Shown: positions 49,369 through 61,870 of the stretch, one piece after another
Numbering within the stretch: position 1 is the first letter of the stretch
Layout: the number at the start of each line of letters is the position of its first letter
Assembly: GCF_963921235.1 (NCBI RefSeq)
Contig: NC_086108.1
Location: 39,124,001-39,188,000 of the forward strand
Direction of reading: 5' to 3'
Length of the DNA: 64,000 nt
Source of the DNA: Mobula hypostoma
Lineage: Eukaryota
The notes under the pieces: model-generated
Told to the model about the DNA's origin: nothing
Databases searched by the model: none
Seen by the model: the letters and a program-made list of their open reading frames with translations, nothing else
Made by a program: the position numbers and the translations under genes

Positions 49369-50589
49369 CAGTCAGTGAAGCAGGTCAGAACATCCAGCTG
49401 CAGTAGCGAGAGGTTGAAGATGTCCTTGAGCACTCCAGCCAGTTGGTTGGCACAGTATTTGTGGCCTGAAGCATTGCTCATGTTCATCTAGGGTTCTAAC
49501 GTCAGACTCTGAGACAGGTATCACAGGATCGCCAGATGCTGCAGACTGATATCGTTTTATTCTCCCTTTCAAAGCATGCATAAAAAGCACTCAGCTCATT
49601 GGGGAGCAAAGCACCACAACCATTCATGACGTTAGGTTTCACCTTGTAGGAAGCAAACCCTGCCACAGCAAACATGTATCTGATTCGGTCTTTAACTTCA
49701 CTTGGAATTGCTTTTTCGCTCTTAGGAAAGCCTTCTGTAGGTTATACCTGGAGTTCTTGTACAGTTCTAGATCACTGGTCCTGAATACCACAGACCTAGC
49801 CTTTAGCAGATTTCAAATCTCCTCGTTCATCCACTGCTTTTGGGTGGAGTATGTCTGGTATGGTTTCAAAGGCACACACTCATCCACACAGGTCTAGCTG
49901 AAGTCAGTGACAACTCTGGTATATTCATTCAGATCCAAACAGGAATCTTTGAACATGGTCCAGTCCACCAATTCAGAGCACTTCTCTGAGCGTTCCTCCA
50001 CCTTCCTTGACTTTGCTATCTTCACCACTGGCGCTGTGGTCCTCAATCTCTTCCTGTACGTCAGGCACAGTAATACAGCCACATGGACCCATCAAAGTGC
50101 AGACATGGGATGGCACGGTAAGTGGTGGAGTAGCAGTAGTCAAGTATGTTGGCTCTTCTGGTTTCACAGGTGACATGTTGATGGTAGTTAATCAGAGACT
50201 TATTCAAGCTGGCCAAGTTGAAGTCCCTCACAAGGGCAGAAGGGAGCACTGTCTTGTGAATACTGATCATGGTGCTCAGCTCCTCCAGTGCCAGCCTGAC
50301 GTTGGCCAGGGGTAGAACGTACACTGTAACTAGGAGTGCTAGGGGTGAGCCACGTCTCTGTGAGGCAAAGTACACAGCAGCCAACTGGGAATGTGCTAGG
50401 ATATGCGTCCAACCAGAAATGATCATTTGCTCACAAGAATAAATAAGTTGCAGGAGTCAGTTGTATAGAGTGAAAGGGTTCAAAACTGAGGAAAAATTGT
50501 AATATTCACAGATCAAAAGGAAATGAAGAGTAAATGAATGCCAAAATTTAGAAATGGAGCAATAAATGATACAACAAAATAATTAAAAG

Positions 50590-50915
50590 AAGGCTTTTTC
50601 TGCTGAGGTTGGGTAGGACTACAACTAGAGGTCATGGGTTAAGTGCGAAAAGTGAAAAGTTTAAGGGGAACATAAGATGAAACTTCTTCACTAAGAGGGT
50701 CGTGAGAGTGTGGAAGGAGCTACCAGCGCAAGTGGTGCATGCAAGCTCAATTTCAATGTTAAGAGAAGTTTCAACAGATACATGGATAGTAGGGGTATGG
50801 AAGGCAATGGAGGGCTATGGTCCCAGTGCAGGACGATAGGAGTCGGCAGTTTATATGGTTCGGCACAGACTGGATGGGCTGAAGACCTGCTTGTACTGTA
50901 CTTTTCTATGACCCT
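50590..50915 (+). mobile_element. CR1 3' end, same subfamily as 1815-3966
   Basis: actacaactagaggtcatgggttaag...gtggtgcatgcaagctcaatttcaa...ggttcggcacagact closely matches 3680-3960. Confidence 0.85.
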
Positions 50916-51039
50916 ACCTCCATAGTGCAAAATATGAGTAACACTTTATATTTGAAGGAAAGGAAAAGTACAAAATAAACTAAAATGAATGGAGTGCAAA
51001 TGTTACATCTTGAGGATGAGCGTACAACCCAACAGATGT

Positions 51040-52790
51040 AAAAGAACATAGGCCATTCGGTCCACAATGTTGTACTAACCCTTTAACCTAATCCCAGATC
51101 TAACCCTTTCCTCAGTTTTCTTCAGAGCTCTCCATTTTTCTTTCATTTATGTGCCTTTCTAATATTCTCTTAAATGTTCAAAGTTCATTTATTACCAAAG
51201 TATTTATACATCATACAACCCTAAGATTTGTTTCCTAACACACAGCCACAAAACAAAGACACCCAAAAGAAGAACATATATATAAAAAAAGGAAGTCTGT
51301 CTAACACCCAATGTGCAAAGAATAAAAATCACATCATGCCCATAAAAAGAACCCATGAAAAATAAAAGAATAAAATAACCCATAAAAGACTGTTGAACAC
51401 CTAATGTTCAATGAAAAAAAAATCAGGCAAACAGTAACTGCAAGCAAAATAGTGTTTCTGAACTGAAGTCCACAAGAGAGCCCCATAGTTCAGCGCAGAG
51501 TTGAGCAAATGCTGTGGAGCAGCAATCTGAACCAGCTCCCAGTTCGTGTTGGGCCCCTACACCCTAACCTTTTTAGTCTGGCCCGGCACTCTCTGTCTGA
51601 ACATCGGGTTCTGCTGCTTCAAGCAGTGATCCGAACTGGCCTGCACCTCACCTCAGGCCTCAACACCCTGTCCTTTTCAATGTGGCCTGGCACTTAAATC
51701 TCAGTCAGAACAGGTTCTGCCACTTGGAAATGTCGGACTTCGCCACCTCAATTCAGTCTGTAAATCTCCGTACAAAAATCGTGTTCAGTAGCATTGGCAG
51801 TTCTAGGGCCATTGCCCTAGCGGCCTCAATTCAGCCTGTGCCCAACCTTTCACGCTCTTTGCGACGGGTCCACTGCCTAATGCTCCTAATGTACCTGCCT
51901 CTAACACCACCACCGGCAGTGTGCTCCATGTACTTACTATTCCCTGTTAAAAAAAAACTACCCTGACATCCGCTCTATACTTCCCTCCAGTTAACTTAAA
52001 ACCATATCTTCTCATATTAGCCATTGCTGCCCTGGAAAAAAGGACTGCCTGTCCTCTCAATCTATACTTCTCATCATCTTATACACCTCTATCAAGTCAC
52101 CACTCATCCTACTTTGCTCTAAGGAGAAAAGCCCCAACCCAGTTAACCTATTCTCATAAGACACTCTTCCTCATCAAGGCAGCATCCTGGTAAAACTCTT
52201 CTGCAACCTCACTGAAGCTTCATCTTCCTTCCTATAATGAGGCAGTCAGAACTGAACACAATAGTCCAAGTGTGGTCTAAATAGGGTTTTATAGAGCTGC
52301 AACATTACCTTGCAGCTCTTGAATACAATCCTCTTACGAATGAAGGCCAACACACCATACCCCTTCTGATCCACCTTATCAGCTTGCATGACAATTTTCA
52401 GGGATTTACGGACACGGTCCCCAAGATCCCTCTGTTCCTCCACACTGCTAAGAGTCCTGCTATTAACCCTATGCACTGCTTTCAGGTTTGTCACTTTATA
52501 TCTTTCTGGATTGAACTCCATTTGCAACTTCCCAGCCGACCTCTGCATCCTATATATTGAATATCTATTTATCTATTACTATTATCATCTATTTATTGGT
52601 TGAATTTTCTGCTTCCCTAATTACTGAATCCCCTATCACCACTGCTCTCCTCTTCTCTTCCCTTTCCTTCTGAGCCACAGGGCCAGACTCTGTGCCAGAG
52701 ACCTGACCACTGTGACTTTCCCCTAGTAGGACATTCCCCTCAGCAGAATCCCACGTGATATACTTGTTATTGAGGGGAATGTCCTCACCC
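51040..52790 (-). mobile_element. CR1 fragment interrupted by a non-autonomous Rex1-tailed element (~51175-51880)
   Basis: ORF 52246-52548 QMEFNPE..QRDLG..MLQLYKTLFRPHLDYCVQF. The insert begins gttcaaagttcatttattaccaaagt (a Rex1-like tail, antisense). Confidence 0.75.
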
Positions 52791-53874
52791 TAGCCTCCTG
52801 CTTTCCTCAACGAAGTTAGCTGTGATCATAGCTAGACTAATCACAGCAACAAATCATAGTGGGAATATACTGACAATTGAGAGGTTCTGACAAAAACTCC
52901 TGGGTTAAATTAAAAGACATGATTACAGGAAGTAAGATTGTGTTCCTGGAATTGCAGAGGTTTGAGGATGATTGCATTGAAGTTTTGAAATGTCAGAGTT
53001 AGGATTTTCAAAAGTTAAATGACAATTGGTGCAACGTTAATTCCTAATTTTCACTTTAACTTTGATAACTAAGAGATATTGTGTGGCATGGAGAATTAGC
53101 AGAATTGTTGGAGTTTGGTCACAGTGATCACATTTAAGAGCTTCCAGGAGCTACATAACTTGTTCATTTTCCTATGTCATGTTAGTATATTGATGTCGAC
53201 AGAAGCCTATTGTTGCATTGAGAATAATATACACAAAAGGAGAATATTAGGGTGAAATTGGAAACTGATGGGGGGAAATATATTTATTCAAGGACTGCAA
53301 CTTCTTTTACAGTTGAAAGGTATATTCACAGCATTTCACAGAGCTGGTGCACTGGATTCTTTGAAAACCAAATTGTGTCACCAAGTATACCACTGGATGG
53401 CAGCAATGGAGCCTGTTTCCACATACATATTGTGAACCTTAAACCAGAGACATTTAGCTCCTCAGCCTATTTTCATTTAGGTGAAGGCTAACAAAAATCT
53501 TCACAATTAGCTGGAACACACAAGTGCAAATATTTAAAAGGGTGCAGTCAGTTAAAAAGCACAATAGTGGGGATTAGGTTTTAAAATACCATATCTAATT
53601 ATAAAGTTATAATTAAACAACACTTCATTTATAGATAATTTTTTTCCAAGTGAAAGCCTTTATTTTTAATAGAAGTAAAACTCAGTTCACAAGCTATTAG
53701 CTACAATGTGTATAGTCAATTTTCTGGCTCACATTAGTCCTCAAAAAAAAAAATGGGGACCCTCCATGCTGAGATTTTAAGAAGACACTTCTCTTAAAAA
53801 AAAGATTGGACTGAGTCCCAATTCAAAGTAGTGGGCAAAATGTAAAATGATTGGTTTATCATGCAATACTGTAC

Positions 53875-53924
53875 CTTTCAACATCAAAGGGGAAGCAAAA
53901 CTTCAGCACAGTCTGCAGCACTTC
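53875..53924 (-). CDS. DENND1B: DENND1B coding exon, 50 nt (uDENN region; equivalent to human exon 4), EVLQTVLKFCFPFDVE(R)
   Basis: Minus strand reads tcacag|GAAGTG...GTTGAAAG|gtacag. KFCFPFDVER is the DENND1B form of this motif (DENND1A has KFCFPFYVDS). Phase 0 to 2 fits the next exon. Confidence 0.93.
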
Positions 53925-56145
53925 CTGTGAAGGATAATAAAATTGTTAGGCTCATGCAGGACTTGGGTCAAATCACTACTGTATGCACCACAAAAAAAGA
54001 CTGAGAATAACCTTTTGAATTAAAACATATACGGACAGTTGTTTCTGTATTGAAATAATCAACCATAATGAACTTCATTGATTATTAACAAGAATAAAAT
54101 TTATGCTTCAGCAGACTGTACTGACAATGGTAAGAGAGCACCAGGAGGGAATCGTTTGGCCTAAAGGGCATTAACACCCCCTCTCATCCCCACTGGGATC
54201 CCCTTCAACAAGACCATATGGATTTTACAAGCAGCGCAGCACCATATGGGTAAGCCATGTCTGCTGATACATGCATCACAGACTAGCCACCAGTTTCTAG
54301 TCAACACGTAACATGCGCTGACAATAGAAATTGCGGGGGAAAACTCAAGGATAATAGTAACGATAAAAATGACAAAATTCAAAATGAATGTGTCCTGCTG
54401 AAAAAAATTTGCATAGGATTATTTAAGGAAAATATGTATGTCATCAGAGTGCCCTCTGCTAAGTGATACTCCATTAAGTCAGATTTTTAATAAAATACAT
54501 GACACAACAATGAAATACTGCATCATCAATAGCAGCAGATATTTGTTTACAAGCTCTTAAATAACACGTTATTCTTAAATCTCTCCATAAAGCTTGCAGG
54601 AATTTGGAATAGCACTAATGTTCTTTGTAATTTTCAGCTTGCATGGTTGTTAAGTTTTTTTTCTTGCATGTAAAGAGCAGGGCTTTGGAACTGTTTAAAG
54701 ATTTTTTTTGCACTGCAAAAGCGCATGTCAGCTTTATGGAAAATGTGGCTTGTATAACAAAGTGAACTAAGAGCAAGCAGTGTGAACTCTGCTCACAGAG
54801 GTGACACAATGCTCCAATGGAATAAATTTTAATCTTCATTCATAATCTTTAAGAGTGAATAGTACTTGTTATTGCAGCCAAAATAGCTCATTTGTGCGAC
54901 TGGGACTATAAATTCTCAGCAAATTGTCATCCTTCAGGATCTGACTTCAGCTTCCAAATTAATTATATTATCCTAGTTTTAAGAGTCCAAATACATTTCT
55001 AATCAGATTTATAAATGTGAGGCCACATTTTGGACTCTATAATTCACATGATCTGTGCTCGGTTGTCACATAATCACAGGGTTAATACGAAGCTTGTTTT
55101 ACCCATTGCAATGCATTTCCAAATCAAAAATAACTTCTAGATTTCATTTTTAATACAGCTAAGATACAGCAAGTTCTAAAAGCAGACCAATTTCCAAACC
55201 AATTTAACATTCACTATCTCAGACAGACAAAATAGACAAATGCAAATTAAATCATTTGCTAATTCATTCTGTATGAACAAAATAGTTCCATTCTAAATTA
55301 ACAGAACAGGAATAATATTGCTCTACAGACTTAAGTGTTCTATCAATATTAATCCTTGCAAAACAAACTATTTTAGCAATACATAGCAGGTTAAAATCTA
55401 ATTGCCTCTATTTAGAATTCCTCTTTTTATTTCCTTCAGAATAGAACCCAAGCTTTCTACTCACTTTCCAAATGGCACAGGCAACTCTCAGGGGAAGGTG
55501 ACATTTGAAAAAAAAACTCAATGCTCTTTTAAATTCATACAACCGGCAGGTCTATAGACTCAAAAACAATTCAGACAAAAATTGTTTGCAGCACTTATGG
55601 GACTGAGCAGCTCAGCTGACAACTGGAACTCCATGACAGCATAGATGAGGTTACTTGCATCAATCAATGAAGCAGTGCACCAGCTCCACAGCCAGATCTC
55701 ATCCTAATTAAAACACAGCATTCAGCACTTTCACTTAATGAAATATTGTATAATGTAAACCTACCACTCCCTCTAAAACAATGATTCTCAAATACCATGT
55801 TGGTAATAAACGTTCTATATTGAGTGGCCATGGCAAAAATAAGTTATGATGATAATCAAGCCAGGTATCACAGCATCGTATTTATTTCCGTTCATTTATT
55901 GATGAGCTCAGCTGGGGGTTTGCTATGTAAAAGCACAGCAGCACTTGCCTGCAATCATTTCAAAATACTATACTGGGTTCAATATGTGTATCTTACTAGA
56001 AATGTGTTAAATTCTTACATATCTTTTGTGTAAATAGAGCTTGAATTCTTCAGTTTTTATTTCTGGTTACATTCATGGGGTATTGTTTTGCAATATTTTA
56101 TCAGCAGAATTGGTTATTTTTAAGACATTAACAGAGCTTCAACGC

Positions 56146-57225
56146 TTAAAGTTCAACGTAAATTTATTATCAAAGTGTACATATGCAACCATGTACAGCC
56201 CTGAGATTTGCTTTCTTGTGGGCATGCTCAGTAAATCCAAGAACCACTATAAAACCAGTAAAAAACTGCTCCCAGCAAGGCAGACAAACAACCAGTGTGC
56301 ATAAGACAACAATCTGTGCAAATACAAAAGAGAAAAATAATAATAGTAATACATCAATAAGCAATAAATATCAAGAATATGAGATGACGAGTACTTGAAA
56401 GTGAGTCCATAGGTTGTGGGAGCAGTTCAGTGATGGGGTAAATGTAGTTGAATGAAGTTATCCCCGTTGGTTGAGATGGTTGAGGGGTAATAACTTGGCA
56501 GTACGAGTCCTGCGGATCCTGTACCTTCTTCCTGATAGCAGCAGCAAGAAGAGAGAATGACCTGGGTAGTGAGGTCCTTGATGCTGCTTTCCTGTGGCAG
56601 CACTCTGTGTAGATGTGCTCAGTGGTGGGGAGCGCTTTACTCGTGATGAAATGGGCCAAATCGAAAACCTTTTATAGGATTTTCCATTCAGGGCAATGGT
56701 GCATTCATACCAGGCTGTGTTGCGGTCAATAAATTCTCAACCAGACATCTATAGCAGTTTGTCAAAGTATTAGATGTCATGTAGAATATTCACAAACTTC
56801 TAAAGAAGTAGAGATGCAGCCGTGCTTTCTTCGTAAATGCACTTACGTACTGGGCCTAGGACAAGAAATCCAAAATAAGAACACCTCGAAATTTGAAGTT
56901 GCTGACCCTCTCCACCTTTTATCTCCCGATGAAAACTGGCTCATGGGCATCTGATTTCTTGCTCTTGGTCAATAATCAGCTCCTTGGTTTGCTAGCATTG
57001 ACTGTGAGGTTGTTATTGTGGCACCACTCAGCCAAATTTTCAGTCTCCTTCCTATAAGCTGATTCCTCACCACCTTTGGTTCAGTCAACAACAGTGGTGT
57101 CATCAGAAAACTTAAGTATGGCATTGGAGTTGTGCTTGGCCACACATCCATAAGTGTAAAGCAAACAGAGCGAGGGGACCAAGCACACAGCCTTCTGGTG
57201 TTACCTGTGCTGATAGAGATTGTGG
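56146..57225 (-). mobile_element. Rex1/Babar-like 3' portion
   Basis: LPTTEHIYTECCHRKAAS; RT region LSFLMTPLL (KFxDDTTVVG in another frame); 3' UTR like the 941 copy. Confidence 0.8.
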
Positions 57226-57569
57226 CGATGCATCACATTTTGGTGAAACAAAGTTCAACTGAATTGAAAATCAGTAATAACATTAAAGATCAAAAATTAG
57301 TGCAGACCACAAATAAATAGGATTTACATGCATGTTGAAAGCCCTGCACAGCATTCTTACAACAAAATGAATGAAATATACATTCAGACTGCCTGATAGT
57401 TAGTACTTTATAAAAATCTATTGGAAGTGACAAATATTCAATTCTTTTGCGTTGGATTCAAACATTTACTTTGGAACAAGTGATATTCATAGTTAGACAA
57501 TGGAGTGATCACTGAAGTTGCGTATTATATACATTAAAAAATCCAAGACTCTATAAATCTGTAGGTGTG

Positions 57570-57932
57570 AACTTCCCACTATTCAGGACATCATTTATGG
57601 AGACAGGTGTGTAAAAAGGGCCCGAAGGATCATTGGGAACCCGAGTACTGTAAACCCAACCTCAAACTGTTCTAGCATTCTACCATCTGGGAAATGGTAA
57701 GGCAGCATTAAAGCCAGGACCAACAGGCTCCGGGACAGCTTCTTCCACCAGGCCATCAGACTGATTAATTCACGCTGACAGAATTGTATTTCTATGCTGT
57801 ATTGACTGTCCTGTTGTACATACTATTTATTACAAATTACTACAAATTGCACATTTAGATGGAGACATAACGCAAAGATTTTTACTCCTCATATATGTAA
57901 AGGATGTAAGAAATAAAGTCAATTCAATTCAA
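57570..57932 (+). mobile_element. Rex1-like 3' end (different subfamily) with (TTCAA)n tail
   Basis: ctaccatctgggaaa...gccaggaccaacaggctccgggacagcttcttccaccaggccatcagactg (LPSG..ARTNRLRDSFFHQAIRL); ends aataaagtcaattcaattcaa. Confidence 0.8.
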
Positions 57933-58534
57933 TACTGGCCACATGCATTTCCCTTTCTGTAGAAACATTTTGATTTCCTAGGCGGGCTTCTTCCCTGCCG
58001 CCCTCAACCACTGCTACCAAAGAAATTCAGCAAGAAAGTTCAAGGAAAACATGGCATGCATACAAGAACTATTGGCCATGACTGTCTATAAAGATTAAAA
58101 GATGATGGCATATGCTAGATAATTACTCTGACAAAAAGAGCTTTATTTCCTTAAAGTCATAATCCAAATGTTTTCCTTTGCCACAGCAATCCCTAGATAC
58201 AAAAAGATTCTGTACATGGGTAATTTTATCGGCAACTGTTGCTCCTTTCAGGTGAAATGAGGCACAGGGCTTGAAAAGCCCAGTAAAAATGTGGATTGTT
58301 TGAAATATCCAAAAAATTTTCTGGAAGTACAGGGATCTTCCTGCATAACTGATTTATAAACTAAATTCTCTTTCAAACTTAAATCATGATCATCAATAAT
58401 CATCAATAAAGATTTAGTTGAATGATTTTTCACTTTGACCAAAAGTTACACTTCTACAAACAGGATTAAAATGTTAAGGCTTCATTCTATGATCACTGAC
58501 TATAAAACTACATTAAACCAACTCAGTCTATATA

Positions 58535-58950
58535 CAATGCATCCCAGTTAATTGTGACACATCTTGACCAGTACATTTTGTCCCAATTAATCAGCTGTCC
58601 CATTTAGCTGAAGTTCTATGGAAATAGTTAAAAAGGCATAAAAAAGACAAACCCAGCATCAAATTGTGTATTTAAATGAAATGCGGAATATATGAGTATG
58701 CTACATAATAATAACGTGGTAAACTGGATCAGCAAATTTGCAGTTTCACTTGAAGCACAGTGTAATGTCTACTGGGCACACAAGTGCATGTGACTGATGC
58801 TAGTTAGAAACTATTCAGCAACATACTCCTGCCCAAATTAGGTGGCACATTGCCCCAAGTAAACAAAGGGAATCCTAGCCATTTTCTCTATTAGGTTTTG
58901 TTCTTTAAGAGTTGTCCCAAATAAGCAGCTGCCCCAATTAACCAGAATCA
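58535..58950. mobile_element. Non-autonomous Tc1/pogo (Tigger-like) MITE, decayed
   Basis: Imperfect TIRs ta|caatgcatcccagttaattgtgac and gccccaattaaccagaatc, with subterminal repeats of tcccaattaa/cccaaataag. Confidence 0.55.
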
Positions 58951-59779
58951 AAGCTCAATGTTCAAAGTACTTTCATTTTCATAAACATTTGAGACCACAG
59001 AGCTAAATGAATGTGCTGAAATCACTTATCAAATCAGTGATCATTCATTAAAATTATCAGTCCAATAAATCCATGAAGAGAATCTCACTCCATTGTGATA
59101 TCATTCTGTTATTCAGGAAGGGCTGGAAAAAAGAAATTAAAATGAAAGAAATCTTTCTTATGAAAATCAATGAGGTGTAATTCCTCATGGAATCTCATAG
59201 AACGAGATAGATTCAACCTCAGTGGATAGAAGTACCCCTCAATACAAGTGGGCACAGATGATATTGGATCTAGGCTAAATAGAATGATACACATTATTCT
59301 CAATCTTTCTACCGAATACCTTGATTCAAATTCTAGATTTTATAGCCATTTCATGAATATTTTGTGAATCTGTGAAGCATATAGCACTGGAACAACAACT
59401 GTAAAAAAAAACTGCAGATGCTATAGATCTGAAACGAAACAGTAAATGCTGGAAATATTGAAAGGGCATCTGTGAAGAGAGACACAGAGGAAACGTTTCA
59501 GCCATCTTACTCTTGTTTCTCTCTTCATAGCGACTGATTTCACAAGTATTCTCGAGTTTTGTCTCTATATTTCTGAGGTAGCAATTACTTTTCAACAACC
59601 ACAAGACGACAAGACTTTCAGCTTCCAGATTCTGCAACTTAAAGTTAGTATTTTCTGTGCAATGATGACATTAGGTCACTATTGGTCAATGTCAGCTAAG
59701 ATTAATCCTGATGAACCAAAGTCCCTGCAGATGAGACTGCCTTACAAAGGAGAACTCTACAAAATGCAAACCACATTCA

Positions 59780-60997
59780 GTATGACCTTTCAGCCCACAA
59801 GTCCGCTCCACCATTTGATCATGGCTGATTTATTATCACTCTAAACCCCTTTCTCCTGCCTCCTCCGTAACTTTTGCACCCTTACTAATTATTAACCTAT
59901 CATCATCAGCATCATCAGGTGCCATGCCCAGTTTGAGCTTTAACTGCCATGGCCCACACACTCCTGTTTTGGGTCAAGTGGATCAATTCATTGGTATTCA
60001 TTTCCAGTTCTCTGATTGCTGTCTCCATCATCATTTGTCTTTGCCTTCCTTTTGCTTTCTTCCCTTCAATTTTTCCCATAATTACCGTGCATTCTAACTC
60101 CTCTTTCCTAATCACATGTCCAATGAAGTTACGTTGCCTTTTCATGATCTCATACATTATTTTTCTTTTTGTGCTTGCTCTGTTCATGACATTCTCGTTA
60201 GATATTCATTCTGTCCATGATATTCTTTGCATCCTCCTCAAAAACCACATCTATGCTGCTTCAATTCGATTCCTCATGTTACTAGATATTGTCCAACTTT
60301 CTGAGCCATATAACATAACTGGATAAACATAACATTTCAGTACTCTGAGGCAGGTTGTCATGGCTAATTTAGCGTTGGTCAGTATACTCTTCATTCTCGA
60401 AAAGGTGTCTTTTGCCATCCCTATTCTTCTTTTGATGTCCATGTCGCACCTGCCATCTGATGTCACCCAGCTTCCTAAGTAGCAAATATTCTGTACTTGT
60501 TTTATGTCTTCCCCGTTTATTTTCAGCCTGCAGATAGGATTCTCCTTCTTTTTGGATATCATCATACATTCTGTCTTTTTGCAATTGATAGATAGACCCA
60601 TTTTTGCACTTTCTTCAACAACTATACCAATTAAGTTTTGTAGTTCTTCCTCCGTACTTGCAATTAACACAGTGTCATCCGCGTATCTGAAATTATTAAT
60701 GTTTTCACCGCCAACTTTGATTCCCAAGATGTCTCTTATTTTTTGTAATATTGTTTCACTGTACACATTAAATAAATCAGGGGAGAAAACACACCCTTGT
60801 CTAACGCCTCTCTTGATTTTCGTAAACTGACTCACTTCTCCATCTATTCTTACAGCAGCAGTTTGTTCCCAGTACAGATTTCTGATTAGGCAGAGATCTT
60901 TCAAGTCTAGATCTAGAGTTTCCTGTAATACTTCAAATAACTTATTAACCCATACAGCTCCACTTTAAATATATCCAATGACTTGGCCTCCACCGCT
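59780..60997 (-). mobile_element. CR1 3' tip split by an RTE insertion
   Basis: ccatttgatcatggctgatt...cccttactaattattaacctat | resumes ...ctccactttaaatatatccaatgacttggcctccac. Confidence 0.75.
59901..60941 (-). mobile_element. RTE-clade LINE, 5'-truncated, young (long open RT frame)
   Basis: 217-aa ORF with GVRQGCVFSPDLFN, RYADDTVLIA and YLGSWVT, then GKIEGKKAKGRQR. (TGA)n tail. TSD ttattaacc(t/c)at at 59889-900 and 60942-53. Confidence 0.92.
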
Positions 60998-61564
60998 ATC
61001 ACTCACCATTACAGAAAAGGTTTCTTTCAGAAACCACGGTGGCAGAAAACAATTTCACCACAATATTATTACTTCTATCATTCATGTAATTAGGGGCACT
61101 AAATGTTGACTGGAGTGTTCTAATTCCTACTTTGGTTAAATACTGGACCAAATGGTCAGACTGATCAACACCAATAACTGAACTGAAATGCAGGCAGAGA
61201 AAAAAAAATCTGTGAAAGCCCTCTTGTGTCAACATGAAACAGAAATATTGTCCCAGTGGTAACATATTGACTGGCTGTGGATGAAAGAACTCAGGAACAT
61301 CAGGTCATGCTTTGGCTCAGCGTCAGATACCCCACAGTTGACAAGGACATAGGGAAAATACCAACTACTGTTTTTGTAGTCTCTCCAAATAACTATAAGA
61401 CATCAAACCTCAGAATAAGGATTGAGCAGATCAAGTGAGCTTTCCTTGAGCTACTACTGTTGGTGGAACACTATATTGAACTTGCATGTTCTTAAATCTT
61501 ATCAAAGAGTTTCTGTTCTCATCTCTCATGAATTTCTGGCAAATCCAGTTGAAAGGGAAAGTGA

Positions 61565-61870
61565 CAAATAGAAAATGCTGGAGGAACTCAGCAGCCCAGG
61601 CAGCATTGATGGAAAAGAGTAATCATTCGATGTTTCGGGCCAAGACCCTTCATCAAGACCAGAGAAAAGGGGTGAGAAATCAAGAGTAAGAAGGTGGGGG
61701 GAGGAGAAGAAGTAGCACAAGGTGGTAGGTGAAACCAGGGGTTGGGGGGAGGGTGAAGTAGGGAGTTGGGAAATCAATTGGTGAAAGAGATGAAGGGTGG
61801 GAGAAGGGGAAATCCGATAGGAAAGGACAGACGCCATGGCAGGAAAGGAAGGGGGAGGAGCACCAGGGAA
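61565..61870 (-). mobile_element. Penelope-like pLTR fragment with near-complete hammerhead motif
   Basis: Minus strand ggtcTTGATGAagggtcttggcccGAAAcatcgaatg...gctgcctgggctgctgagttcctccagcatttt. Confidence 0.8.

Larger units (their letters stand above)
46128..50400 (-). mobile_element. Rex1/Babar-like element(s), endonuclease to 3' end, interrupted by CR1 (46580-47172) and Penelope (47351-49368)
   Basis: APE endonuclease motifs CLTETWL, DFNLASL and TRRANILDYCYS; linker CANQLAGVLKDIFNLSLLQ; 3' UTR at 46128. The core RT section is missing. Confidence 0.8.
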
